In this document: piece by piece, positions 25,568 through 38,721 of the stretch | Layout of the letters: each line of letters starts with the position of its first letter | How positions within the stretch are numbered: the first letter of the stretch is position 1 | Assembly: GCA_964016885.1 (NCBI GenBank) | Contig: OZ024741.1 | Coordinates: forward strand, 76,012,001-76,076,000 | Length of the DNA stretch: 64,000 nt | Source of the DNA: Eledone cirrhosa | Lineage: Eukaryota | Reading direction: 5' to 3' | Notes under the pieces: generated by a model | What the model was told of the DNA's origin: nothing | What the model saw: only the letters and a program-made list of their open reading frames with translations | Databases searched by the model: none | Position numbers and translations under genes: made by a program

Positions 25568-25820
25568 AGAGTTGCTGAAGCATGGAACAAACTACCTGCA
25601 TCAGTTGTTAGCTGCTGGGACACTGCATCCTTTTAAACCTCCATGCTTCCTGAAATTCGCCAACACTAGACCTGATATCCCCACTTCATACACATGCACA
25701 CATGTATATTATGACTCATACACTGTTTACTTTCCTGACATTTGTACATTATTCTATGTACTATACATGCGCCTTTGATGAGTTGTAGTGCATCTGAGCA
25801 CTGTACACAATAATTTCATT
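25568..25820 (+). mobile_element. CR1-type LINE 3' end
   Basis: RVAEAWNKLPASVVSC..ASFK..MLPEIRQH followed by a 3' UTR. Paralog of 10865-11319 without the SINE. Confidence 0.72.
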
Positions 25821-26867
25821 ATATACATTATATATATAGAAGAAGAAGAAGAAGAAGAAGAAGAAGAAGAAGAAGAAGAAGAAGAAGAAGAAGAAGAAGA
25901 AGAAGAAGAAGAAGAAGAAGAAGAAGAAGCAGCAGCAGCAGCAGCAGCAGCAAAAGTAGGGTTGTAGTTTCAATCAATATATATATTTGAAAATATAATT
26001 AATTGAATTGTTTAAAAATGTATTTAAGTTCCACTTAAACCATTTAAGGTCGATAAAAAAGTACCAGTCTACTGTATCTCTTTCTCACGTCCATTCACTC
26101 ACTCTCTATCCTTCTCTGGAAGAAATCTGCTGTATTCATACCTGGAGAGGATTGGGCTCTGCCAGGTTTAAAAATCCCCAAGAAATGCCATATGTCAATA
26201 CAGTGCCTCTACAACTCCCTCAGGAGTTACAGGAACATGCATAACCACAGATAGATCCATTTCATGGGTTTTGTTCTCTCATTAGTGCAGGAAATATAAA
26301 TAAGAGAGAAGTTGTTTTAATAGTGAAAAACATGAGCAAAACTTAGGGTTGTAGATTCCATCAATATATTTGTTTTTGTTTTTTTTTCAAAAAAATTTAT
26401 TTAAGTACCTTTATAACTACAGATAAATCTATTTCATGGATTTTGTTCTCTCAAAAATAAAAAATAAATATATGAAAGATCATTAGATTAGACAAGAGAT
26501 TTGTCTTTCTTCCAGGAGTATATATGCTACTCCTTCTCCTTCTCTAGGTATTAAACCAATCCTTAGGGACCAAGTCCATTTCTGTCTGAGGTCCTGGAAA
26601 GAAATATAGACACTGCCCTTCCTATCCTGACTAAAAACAAAAACAATCAATGGTTGATCCAATGTTTCACATATAATGTTTAAATGGTGAATCCTATTAA
26701 GATTAAATTCCACAAATTTGCAACAGAATAGTGTTCTAAGTGGAGGAAAACATTATCTATTTACCTCTATGTCTCACTTAATACCAAGAAAACTAGGTTA
26801 ATGTTCTAGCTAAATATATTTATGTCTAAGTTCATCAGAAAGTGTATGGATGTTTAGCAGTATTAGT

Positions 26868-27379
26868 TGTAGATGTTATCGCCACTTTAGCAGGGTGGTA
26901 GAATCAGTGGTCATTAGTTGCCAGTGTGGTAAGTGATAGTATCCTCGTTGGATTATCTTGTTGACATAGACGTGAGGGAAGGTCCCTCGATCTATTTACC
27001 ATCTATTCACAATATTCCTTTCGTCAGGTCGCCAATTCCAGCAGCATGGATTAAAGATGTTATTGAGACACGAGTAATTAGAGATGAAATGTCTGTTTAT
27101 TTATATAGTTGAAGTTACAGGTAAAAAGAGGTTACAAAAGGGAATGTGCCATTGCGCCGTTAAGCCGGCGAGGCTAGGGGTGCAATATCTCACTGTTACA
27201 TTATGCGTGTTGCTGGCTTGAAGTTTCCGGTACAAGAGCGAGATTCTTCAAATCTTCGCGGTGAATTTCTTCCTCAGGGCGCGTAGGGATACATCCTCTT
27301 CTACTGGCGCTGATTGGCTGAACTGAGCCAAATCACGCACAGAGAATGTATGTGAGCCCGCGGAATGTAGGTCACTACA
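26868..27379 (-). mobile_element. Possible solo LTR
   Basis: TGTAG...CTACA ends, CpG-richer than its flanks, CCAAT and AATAAA on the minus strand. No TSD found. Confidence 0.3.
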
Positions 27380-28571
27380 GATTGAAGCACTTAGTGTTTA
27401 TACAAGCTGAATACCTGTTGCAGTGGGGTGAAGAAATAAATGAAATTTGGTTTCTAAAATAAACTACTTTGTCTTTGCGGCAGTATTTATTCTAGCTCTT
27501 TGTATTCTGAGTTCAAATCTTGCTGTTATCTATATCGGTGGAAAACTTAATCCATTACCTGTTTTAACACTACCAATCACCCTTAGGTACCTTTAGTGGA
27601 CTCCACTCTGTTGTGAGTTTCAGACCAAACCTATAACTAAAAACACTTACCCAGAAGGACTTACAGTGGGTCGGAACCCAAAACCATGTAGTTGCGAAAT
27701 AGACTTCTTAACACATATGTGTGTGGACAAAGGTTTCTCTCTTTAGTTGGTCTATTGTTAATATAGTTCAGGCTTTAATTGAGATTTTGATAGAATGTTT
27801 TTCAATTATAAATCATATTTAATGTAGGATAGGCATGGCTTTTGGGTGAGCCAGCATGGTGGCTGGATGGGAGACAAGAACAAGTATAATATATTTAATA
27901 ATTACATTTAGTTCTATTTGTACAATTTTAATTTAATTAAGTTAAATTGTAAGTTCTTGTGTTGAAACGGCATTGTGTAAAACATTAGCTCGAAGGATAG
28001 AAATCAGTGGCTGGAAGTGAGTTGGCTCAAAACATTGATAGGAAGAAACATTTAAATAAACTCATCAGCTTTCAGACCACATTCCGTTTCAACGATTTGA
28101 CTGAAAGACTGTGAAGGATAGGTGGCTTGTAACAACAAAGAAATAAATATTTCTGTTGGTATAATGTTTGTGTTGGGACAGGTCAAAGAGAGTGAGAGAA
28201 AAAAACGTTCTCATGCCATGCTGTCTATAGTTTTAACTAACTCACAGATCCCAACAGATATAAAGGTGTTTTGTACTGTATGGGACTTATTGAAAGACAA
28301 TTACTCTGATTAGTTTTGTGTCTTCTGTAGCTTAACCAAAATCAATAGTTGGTAATTGATTATTAGTTACTTAGATCAATCTTTGCTTCAGTTTATGAAC
28401 TATGAAACAGTACCATCATCATCATCATCATCATCATCATTTAATGTCGTCCATGCTAGCATGGGTAGGACCATAAGGAAAATAAGGGCTTTTCCACCTT
28501 TTTCCTAAATAATATGTGCTTTATATACAAAATACTATGAGTTTCTCAAATGATATATGGTTCTTTCTCTC

Positions 28572-28671
<100 letters not shown>

Positions 28672-29108
28672 TGTGTGTCATAACACATATTAGTTGGCCA
28701 TCAGACATGATGTGGTAAGAAAGGAAAAAAGAGAAGGAAGGAAGGGAGAAAACACTGTACGTATGTCTTTGAGATTTTTTAAGGTGTGAAGGAGTTGATT
28801 GTTACTAAGGATGGCTTTTTGGTAGACCTTAATCTTGCAGATTATTTTGTGTTAGGCTCTATCAAGAAGTTCCAGTGAAAAGGAGCAGTGGAGGTTGCTT
28901 TGGTTCCCACTCCAGATGCTTTTGACGGGAGCGGAAATATTTGTTTTCTAATCTCCTGCCACCACGTAAATCGGTGGCCGATCGGGGGACAGAGTTGTAT
29001 CAGATTCCAGTTGCTATTCACTTTACTGTGTCGGCCGTCACAAACAGTCATAGCCGGCATGGACTGGAGTTGAATTCTGTCGATCGATTGGTTATTGATT
29101 AGGCGATA

Positions 29109-29219
29109 CCCGTTGATGAATCCACATGCGCCAATTATGCATTGTTGCATAATATATGCAGACAGAGGGTGCAGTGCACCCTACTGCTGCATTAAGTGTG
29201 GCCGAAACTCGAGTCCGGG
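29109..29219 (+). ncRNA. Type I hammerhead ribozyme (C3U variant) with two hairpins inserted in stem II
   Basis: CCCG-TTGATGA-AT-CCACAT...GTGTGG-CC-GAAAC-TCGA-GTC|CGGG. Inner hairpins ATTATGCA/TGCATAAT and AGGGTGC/GCACCCT. Confidence 0.75.
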
Positions 29220-29380
29220 AACTAATATAGACACCTGTTTTACGTGTGTTGTATTGAAGCGAATAACTATGTGTATACTCTGGGAATGTATCCTACATTA
29301 CCTATTGAGTACGCTGAGATACAACCGGTCCTGGCATTGTTAAATAGGCTGGGTCCGTCAACTCATTATTATATATATAG

Positions 29381-29889
<509 letters not shown>

Positions 29890-29890
<1 letters not shown>

Positions 29891-30995
29891 ACGATAAATT
29901 AACGGAGGCATAGGCCGTCGTTATTCCCTGTAAATAATGTGCTCAAAGGGGAAGAGATCCTGAGCCCTTTAGAATATAATATGTTGAGAAGGTAACACAC
30001 CAGAGAGAGATATATAGTGCGTTATCAATAATACAGGGAAAAAACCACCAGTGTATGGAATCTATAACCTATGAAAGGCAGACTATAGACACGATAATTA
30101 AAAATATAAATTAAAGCGTAAATAAATACCTCTATAACTATATAACACACGTACAAATCCAGAGATATGTTTCGCCAGAAAATTTGTTGAAAGAAATGTT
30201 AGTCTCGGTTCATCAGCGTGTGTAAGGCTATACATTTCAGACAACACTAAGAGAATTTTACAATTGACTGTCCAGCTACACGTGGGAGAGAGAAGTCACA
30301 GCGTGTTTAAGGGCAGTGAACCAGTGGCCTCTGAGAGATGAACTGCTAGAAAGGGCAGCCCAAAGCCACTCAGAGAAGAGTGCTCAACCAAACAGAGATA
30401 GGAAAGGCTGTTGTTAGGAGCGAAATATCACGATAAATTAACGGAGGCATAGGCCGTCGTTATTCCCTGTAAATAATGTGCTCAAAGGGGAAGAGATCCT
30501 GAGCCCTTTAGAATATAATATGTTGAGAAGGTAACACACCAGAGAGAGATATATAGTGCGTTATCAATAACGCTGTTTGGTTGAGCACTCTTCTCTGAGT
30601 GGCTTTGGGCTGCCCTTTCTAGCAGTTCATCTCTCAGAGGCCACTGGTTCACTGCCCTTAAACACGCTGTGACTTCTCTCTCCCACGTGTAGCTGGACAG
30701 TCAATTGTAAAATTCTCTTAGTGTTGTCTGAAATGTATAGCCTTACACACGCTGATGAACCGAGACTAACATTTCTTTCAACAAATTTTCTGGCGAAACA
30801 TATCTCTGGATTTGTATGTGTGTTATATAGTTATAGAGGTATTTATTTACGCTTTAATTTATATTTTTAATTATCGTGTCTATAGTCTGCCTTTCATAGG
30901 TTATAGATTCCATACACTGGTGGTTTTTTCCCTGTATTATTGATAACGCACTATATATCTCTCTCTGGTGTGTTACCTTCTCAACATATTATATT

Positions 30996-30996
<1 letters not shown>
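29890..30996. mobile_element. Non-coding PLE/retrozyme-like repeat: 539-bp unit, partial tandem and inverted copy, in (TA)n
   Basis: 29890-30031 is repeated at 30429-30570. 30573-30996 is the reverse complement of ~29970-30396. CTGATGA...GAAAC-ATAT motif at 30752-30806 (+) and 30162-30216 (-). Confidence 0.72.
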
Positions 30997-31043
<47 letters not shown>

Positions 31044-31149
31044 CTTAAGCCAAAATCTCAATTTGGGAGGACATAAGCTTGTCAAACTAAAATATGTCAG
31101 TTTTAAAAAAACTGTCATTGGGGATAATATATGAATAAAACTCATGTAT

Positions 31150-31510
31150 TGTGGATATTGCTTCACCATGGGACCACAGGGTAAATGAAAAGAAAAGTGA
31201 GAAAATTGAGAAATACAAGCTGAAGAGAAAAATCAGGGAAACTGGAGAATCAGACACGTAGAAATGGTACTGATGCTTGGCGCACAGGGAGCAGTTAGTA
31301 GGGGGTTAGATGCATGGCTTGAGAAGCTAGGAATTACCATCAGGACAGGATTGTTGGAGAAAACAGCCTTGTTGGGAACAGCAAGAATTCTAAGAAGGGT
31401 GTTGGAAAGTTGAAGGAGAAAGAATGATCCAAAGTACCTTTAGCCATTGGCTATGGCTCACTCTTTTGGTACAGTGTTGGTGTAACATCTGCCAGAACAG
31501 AAGTGTTGCG

Positions 31511-31570
<60 letters not shown>
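31150..31570 (+). mobile_element. R4/Dong-type non-LTR 3' remnant (family E) with (AAT)n tail
   Basis: KIEKY...GLDAWLEKLGI...LEKTALLGTARILRRVLES* (stop 31411), then (AAT)n at 31511-31570. Confidence 0.8.
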
Positions 31571-31571
<1 letters not shown>

Positions 31572-31829
31572 GTTTCCTTATTGGCCACAAGGGCTAACAT
31601 GAAGAAAAACATTAGAAACGGCACAGAACAGTACAGGACGATACAAAGTGGTTTTTGGTCGTGTAAACAGGTTATAACAAGATAGAAATCGGGATAGAAA
31701 TAAAAAATTCAAACAACAAAAATTCCCCCAAAAGGGGGAAAACCTCCGAGGGTCACTTGTGGTGAAAACCAGACAAAAGACCACAGTCACCCTGACCACC
31801 AGGGCAACCGCCCTCAGTTTTCCCACTCC

Positions 31830-34800
31830 TCAGTCTACAGGCGCATACTCAGAGTGGGCCCGTTCACTCAGACCAGACTCGCCACTTTCACCCACCTTTC
31901 AACAAACTTACTAGAAGACACCACTTGCCTCTCCACCCTGATTTTCCTCTTCAAGTGAAACTTGAAAAAGCTAATCAGGGATTGGCCGGAGAGGAAAGTG
32001 TCCGTCTTCAACCCTTTCAACTTTGTCCACCACACACTGTCTTTCGCACCAGGCAGGTGAAAACTGCCTGCCCTTCCTCCTCTTTAAAGGAGGATGGCGG
32101 GGCTATCTGCACAATGGACTCAGTCGATAACCGGATCTGTCCTACACGCGACAACACCTGTTCAACATAGCTCCACAAGTCAGCAATCCTCGGGCATGCA
32201 GGATGGTTTCGTCGCCCTGTTCGCATATTGGACAGGCTCGGCTGACAGCACCTTCGTGCCTGTAGAGCTTATCCTGAACCGGCAACGCTCCCCGGTAGCA
32301 CTGCCAGGCCAGGGATTTCTGGAAGTTGTCCATAGGTCCCGGTCTGAAAGTTCTCTTGAAGAGAGCGAACAGCTGATTGTCTTCAATGCCCAGGGTCTCC
32401 CCGAGAACGTTGCCGCTCTTTCCCTCCACTAGCCCTCTATAGAACGCCGAGGTGGATGTTCCACCGGTACTAGTGCCCAGCTGGTAGAGGGCGGTGAGCG
32501 CTTGGGGACATTCCAGCTTCCAAGCGCTAGCCTCGGTCTTTTCCTGATCCAGGACTGCAGCTCCGTCAAGGAGAAAAACTGGGGAAAAGCGCGTCTGGCA
32601 AACGGCGACCACACCTGTTCACCGTCAAGGAAGCACCAGAGATGTCGCAGCCTCAGCGCATGTTTGCGCATCATCAGCCACGGCATGCCCAGTCCTCCAC
32701 GCAACGGGTGTTGACAGGAAATGGATCATCTGACCATGGGAGCACGTCCCTTCCACAAAAAGCGGAAGAGAAGGCGCTTCATTTTGGTCAGAGTTGAGCG
32801 GGGGCAAGGTACGACGGTGAGGCGGTAGTAGATGACGGATGCGATATACGGTCCATTTCTGGGTGAGAGAGGCCACCCTGCTCGTCACCTCGCTCCAGGT
32901 TTTCTCCATATGGAGGTTCGGACTGAACCAGACCCTGAGCAATTTAACCAGTCCTTCCGTCCAGCGCCCCACCGACTTTTCCTGGTTTATTTTTGTTCCT
33001 GTCACCGCTTCGTATTCCTTGAGAGCGGTGCCGAGCATCTGGACGTGTTTGGTGCTCGACACCACCACGGTGACGTCGTCGGCGTAAGCTGACACGGATC
33101 TCCCGCATCCCAGTTCACATGGGACCCTCCTCATCATCTCCAATTTGTGCAGTAACGGCTCGAGGGCCAGTGCGTACAAGAGGGGGCAACCCTGGCAGAC
33201 CGAGCGCATGATGCTGAAAGGGTGCGACAGGTGACCATTCACCCTGACAAACGAGCAGATGTCACTGTGCATCGCAGCGATCCAGCCCCTAAAAAGGGCC
33301 CGAAGCCGCTTCGAGGATCGCAGCCAGGTACCGATGGTCGACCCTATCAAATGCTTTAGATTGACCCAAGTTGATCAGGGCCCCACCCGTGCCAGGTTCC
33401 TTAACTACCCTCTCTATGATGTATCGCATGAGATGGAGGTTATCATGGATAGATCTGTTCGGAATGGCACATATCTGCGCCTCTCCCACCAGATCACCAA
33501 CGACAAGCACCAATCTCTTTGCTAACACCTTGGCCAAAATCTTAAACTCTGCGTTTAGCAGAGTTATGGGCCTGAAGTTGTCTATAACGTCCCCCTTGTT
33601 CAGGTCTTTTCTGAGCAGCGCCACCGCTTCTCGGCTCACAAAACTGCCAGTTGCAGTAGACATCTGCCAAGAGGTCGCTGAACAAGTCTGGCATATACAC
33701 ATAAAGCTCGTAGGGCTGACCATCCAAACCTGGCGATTTACCACTCGTGCAGTCAGACATCGCTTCCCATATTTCACCTGCTGTTATTGGCTTTTCACAG
33801 CACTGCGCTGCAGTCGTCGAGAGCCACGGCAGTCCGTCGAGGTATGCACCGAAGTCCATACTCCGATCCGGCCTGCCGCCGCTCCCAAACAATTGAGTAA
33901 AGTGCTGTTGAAAAGCCACACACATCTGCTCGGGTTCGAGCACGCGTTCTATCTCTGACAACGCAGCCTTAATGCTTTGCGTTGAAGAATTGGTCGAGTG
34001 CCAATCTCGCCGCAAGCACGTCGGTTGCGATGCCTGTCCTAAACGCCTCTTCTAGCTTTCTAACTAACTCTACCTCTACTCTATTTTCCTCTATCACTAC
34101 TTCTTTGCTAAACTTTATCAATTCTACTCTGATAGCCCTTTTCAGGGTAAACCACCACCTGTTGTTGACGATCGCACCCGTTAATGCACGGTTAACTAAT
34201 TCGCTAATCCGGTCTCTGTAAGCTTTGCGTGCCGGGAGCGACGCGTTCAGCTTCCAGTAGCCGGGCCCTTGCCTATGGAGTCTATCTAAGTCAACTTCAC
34301 AGATCACAAATTTGTGGTCCGTGTAGTCGACTACTTTAAATTGTGGACAACCTACACTAGCCTTATCTGTTTCCCTACAGAATACCCTATCTAAATACGA
34401 TCTGGATGACCCGATGCAGTTTGCTGATGTCCACATTGGCACATTCGGATAATCCATTCTATACCCGTCAGACAGTTCAAAACGTCTGAGCAGGTTGTTG
34501 AGGCTTTTACACCCTCCTGCCCTGTCTACTAGCCCCACATAATCCCAGCGTGCATCTAAGATACCGTTTCAGTGGCCCACTAACACTAAAGGGCGGGACG
34601 TTCCAAAAAAGGTCTCTACACGTCTGAAGAAATCTGGCCGTCCTGCCCCTGTTGGGGAGTAGATGGCTACTAGCCTGAAAGCATTGCCTTCGCTGCCGGT
34701 CACGTCCAGCACTACCGACTTACCTTCTGGGTCCAGGAAGATGGCCTGTATGGCGAGATCCAAGCCTCTCCGAAAAAGCACAGCAACTCCTCCCCCCGAT

Positions 34801-34996
34801 CCTGGACGGCTGGGAGGTGCGTATACATCGTAGCCGCCGAAGATCGGTGCGAAGGCTCATGCTTCGGAGATTCTCGTCTCGCTGATGGCCACCACATCTA
34901 TGTTTAGTGACCTGAGGTCATTGAGCAGGTGACCCTGCTTCCGAGATGACCCCCAGGTCACGTACATTTATACTGCCTATTCTCAAGTACGGCCAT
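31830..34996 (-). pseudogene. Tx1 ORF2 (APE-RT-zinc finger), fragmented
   Basis: Consecutive ORF fragments 34569-34781, 33969-34538, 33542-34015, 33289-33777, 32625-33350, 32429-32704, 32142-32612 and 32017-32226. Confidence 0.85.
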
Positions 34997-35029
34997 GTTG
35001 GATGAGAAACGGGATAAGTGAGAAAGGAT

Positions 35030-36760
35030 CACTTACCTTGATCATGTGGGGAAGGGACAGTAGAACCGTCCCTTTGGCTGGTCATGGGTGTTTCCAAGAT
35101 GATGTCGGTGTATATCCTCTTGGTAACCGACCCTCTGAAGTCTCCAACTTCGTTGGGGAATTTTTCTTTGAAAAGTTTATAATGTTCTATTTTAATTTCA
35201 ATGATGTTTATATTTTTCGGGAGAGTTCTTGGTGTTGGTTTGGGCGTAGTAATTATTTTCTGTGATGTCTATGTGCTGCTTTATATGTTGTAAGAGTTCT
35301 TTATTTGCCATGTTTATGGCTATGTACCTTTTTGGGGAAGGGGTGGTTTTGTTGCTGTTTTCTTGTTGTTGCTGTTGGGTGTGTGTGCTTTGTTGTGTTT
35401 GCGATGTTGGTGTTTTTGGTGATGCTGGTGGTGGTGTGGTTGTTGTTGGTGGTGGTGCTTGTGGTGATGGTGGTCGTGTTGCTGCAAGTCTTTACCCCTC
35501 TTTGTTTGCCTTCGCTTTTGGAGGGTGAAGCTAAGGATATTTTTGTTTTTTGTTTTTTTTTGTGGCAGACTGTTTGCCACTTCCCTCCCGCCTCATACTC
35601 CATGTCAGATTCCGTGGCGTCTGAGAGGGTATGAGCTCCACTGCTGTTGGTGGTGATAGTGGAGCCCGCTCCGGCGATTTTGTCGCCAGTGTAGCTACTA
35701 CGACTGTTGGTGTTGCCGCCACTGCTGCCGCTGTTTAGTTGTCCGTGGCCTTGGTACAGGTGCCACGGACGTTGCCCTCCTACATACCATGGAAGGGTCT
35801 TCTGCCTCTGTTGCCTGCCCTGCTCTTGGTAGCAGCGGATCAGGCATCGGAGGGGGGGCCTCTTCTTGGCTGTCGTCTGCGGGCAGAGCGCCCTGAGGTG
35901 ACCCTTCTTCCCACAGAGATAGCACTTTGGGCGCCTTCCTTCCATGCTTATATGGAGTTGGAGTCCTTCCTAGAGGTCTATGATATCTAGGATGGCCTCG
36001 ATGCACTCTTGGTCAGTCTGTATTAGTATTTGCATGCCTATTCCTGACCAGTTCTCTCTTCCCATTCTCTGTATTTGTAGTATGGTGGTCTTCTCCTCGA
36101 TTCCAGCAAGTACAGATGCGGCCAGCCAAGGTATGGGCACGTCAGGCGGGACCTGGGTCACTTTGACCCTCACAATTTTCTGCCCACAGTAGGAGGGCAC
36201 CAAGACTATCTCCTCACTCTTTAGGGTTTCCAAAGATTGAGACTTTGCATCTTGGGGGGTGGCGAAAAGTACGTCTACTGTGGCATACATTTTGCCTCAG
36301 GTGATGTGGGTTTTGCGCGCCCAGACGCACCCAAAGGCCTTTTGGATTTGAGCCTCTGTGGCTCTCTCCACTCGATATGACATTTTGCGTACGGTGCGGT
36401 AAGTCACCGTGCACAGCTGCTGGTCTTTGAAGAAATCGAGTGGAGGTTTCAGGGAAACTCTATTGCCATTTCTTATCACCATGGCTCTTGCGACTGCCAT
36501 CTCCTCTTCCGTGACTAGCACTGTCTCTATATTTTGGGCCACACCAGCGAAAGAAGTGGCCCCTTTTTCAGCGGCACCATTATTGCAGCCACTACTGCTG
36601 CTACTGGTCTTGTTGTTGGTGCTGTTGCTGTTGCTACTGCTACAAACGGGGTTGTTGGTGTTGTTGCTGTTATCACTGTTGCAGTTGGTTGTGTTTTTGG
36701 TGCCACCGTTGTTGTTTTCAGTGCAATTTGTATTGTTGCTGTTGATGTTGTCGTTGTTTA
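35030..36760 (-). pseudogene. Tx1 ORF1 (CCHC knuckle, Thr/Asn-rich low-complexity segments), fragmented
   Basis: ORF fragments 36297-36542, 35970-36290 and 35301-35945. Boundaries approximate. Confidence 0.7.
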
Positions 36761-36930
36761 TTTTCTTGTTAGTGGTGTTAATATCATTGTTACAATATTA
36801 TACTTTCCCCTTCACAGGGCAAAGTCCAAGGGCTTATATCCCTTGCAGAAGAAAAATTTAACAACAAATAATTATAAAAGCTATATAAAGCGACTTACTG
36901 GGAGCGAGCAAAAAGACGTCCAAATAGACC

Positions 36931-36967
<37 letters not shown>

Positions 36968-37114
36968 GGAAGAAGACGCACGAGGTGACGGAGGTCATGA
37001 AATCGCTCCCGTAAGTTTTGAATTTTTAACATATTTAAACCATTTGTGAAATAACAACTCTTAGCACAAATGCTACGTAAAGCACCCGGCTTGAGCCCCA
37101 AAAAATTCGGACCC

Positions 37115-38419
37115 AAAATATATTGTTATAAGGCTCAAATATTCAAATATTCAACTTTGTATTGTACACTGTATATCCAAAAAAAAAAATGGCTATAAAT
37201 GGAAGAAGAACCCCTCCCCTCCTCTCCTCTGGCTACACTATATAGGACAGCTAAACTCACCATACACCAGAAACTAGATACACCACCCACCCCATCATAT
37301 GTGTACACTAAACACAACAGCCAGATAACGACACATTTTCACCTTCACCGCCACCGCTCACTACGGCCATCATTACCACCACTATCCCATCACCGCCGCC
37401 ACCACCCCTTGACTCCGCTACAGCACCATCACTACAGTAATACGGTCACATCACCGCCACCACTGCCTCGGTATCGACATCACCACCACCACTGTCTCAG
37501 TATCGCTAACGCCGCCAGTCTCCCACTTCCCTGCTGGCTGCTACTCCCACATTATAGAATTCCTACTACTAACAAAGAGGAAGGCACCAAAATATATAGA
37601 TAGACCCAAAAGAAAAAAGGAAAAACAAACAACAAAACCAAAGCAGCACAGCAACAACAGCAAAAAACGAGAAAAACAAACAGAGAAAAACAAAAACAAA
37701 AAAAAGAAACCCCAAAAACGTAAAGAAAATATATTGTTATAAGGCTCAAAACGTAAAGAAAATATATTGTTATAAGGCTCAAAACGTAAAGAAAATATAT
37801 TGTTATAAGGCTCAAATATTCAAATATTCAACTTTGTATTGTACACTGTATATCCAAAAAAAAAAAAAAAAAAAAAATGGCTATAAATGGAAGAAGAACC
37901 CCTCCCCTCCTCTCCTCTGGCTACACTATATAGGACAGCTAAACTCACCAACACCAGAAACTAGATACACCACCCACCCCATCATCTGTGTACACTAAAC
38001 ACAACAGCCAGATAACGACACATTTTCACCTTCACCGCCACCGCTCACTACGGCCATCATTACCACCACTATCCCAGCACCGCCGCCACCACCCCTTGAC
38101 TCCGCTACAGCACCATCACTACAGTAATACGGTCACATCACCGCCACCACTGCCTCGGTATCGACATCACCACCACCACTGTCTCAGTATCGATAACGCC
38201 GCCAGTCTCCCACTTCCCTGCTGGCTGCTACTTCCACATTATAGAATTCCTACTACTAACAAAGAGGAAGGCATCAAAATATATAGATAGACCCAAAAGA
38301 AAAAAGAAAAAACAAACAACAAAACCAAAGCAGCACAGCAACAACAGCAAAAAACGAGAAAAACAAACAGAGAAAAACAAAAACAAAAAAAAAGAAACCC
38401 CCAAAACGTAAAGAAAATA
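37115..38419 (+). repeat. Tandem duplication (677-bp period) with a triplicated 33-bp junction unit
   Basis: 37115-37731 matches 37792-38419. AAAACGTAAAGAAAATATATTGTTATAAGGCTC occurs three times at 37715-37813. Confidence 0.9.
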
Positions 38420-38721
38420 AGAATGAAGAGAGAAGCAGGCGGACGGACAGAGAAGCGGGGGGAAAAAGTAAAACTTAAAAAACTAAAACTAAGTCAGACA
38501 TTCGAACACTACATTACAATGAAACTTATGCTTATTCATTTCTGGGGCCCTTTCTGCCTGTGTGTTTGTTTGTTTATGTGTGTTCGTATACAGCGTGGTG
38601 ATAATGCCACACAAGGGCCAAGTAGGATGGCGAACCCACAGATGGCTATGTAAACATACATTCGCCAATCCTCGATAAGAGTGTTTAAATATCGAACATA
38701 AACAGTTCGAATAACGGTGAA

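Larger units (their letters stand above)
31571..36930 (-). mobile_element. Near full-length Tx1-type (L1 group) retrotransposon flanked by (AAT)n on both sides
   Basis: ORF1 remnant with CYLCGKKGHLRALC knuckle. ORF2 remnant with APE (SYLDRV, YTDH, GPGYWKLN), RT (NFRPITLLN, KAFDRVDH, QGCPL, AYADD) and C-terminal CPIC...ETILH. Many frameshifts. Confidence 0.88.

Noticed and set aside
26483-26713. 76-aa minus-strand ORF in apparently unique sequence
   Set aside because: No recognisable motif or splice support.
36967-37015. HDV-like ribozyme at the 5' end of the R4-type element (also sought at the RTE 5' end, 5558-5720)
   Set aside because: GGGAG/CTCCC pairing exists, but I could not fit the P3/L3/P1.1 nested pseudoknot by eye.
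37199-38290. Duplicated His/Pro-rich ORFs as an upstream ORF1
   Set aside because: Low-complexity CAC/CCA sequence inside a local duplication. The start is frameshifted in the second copy, and R4-type elements have one ORF.
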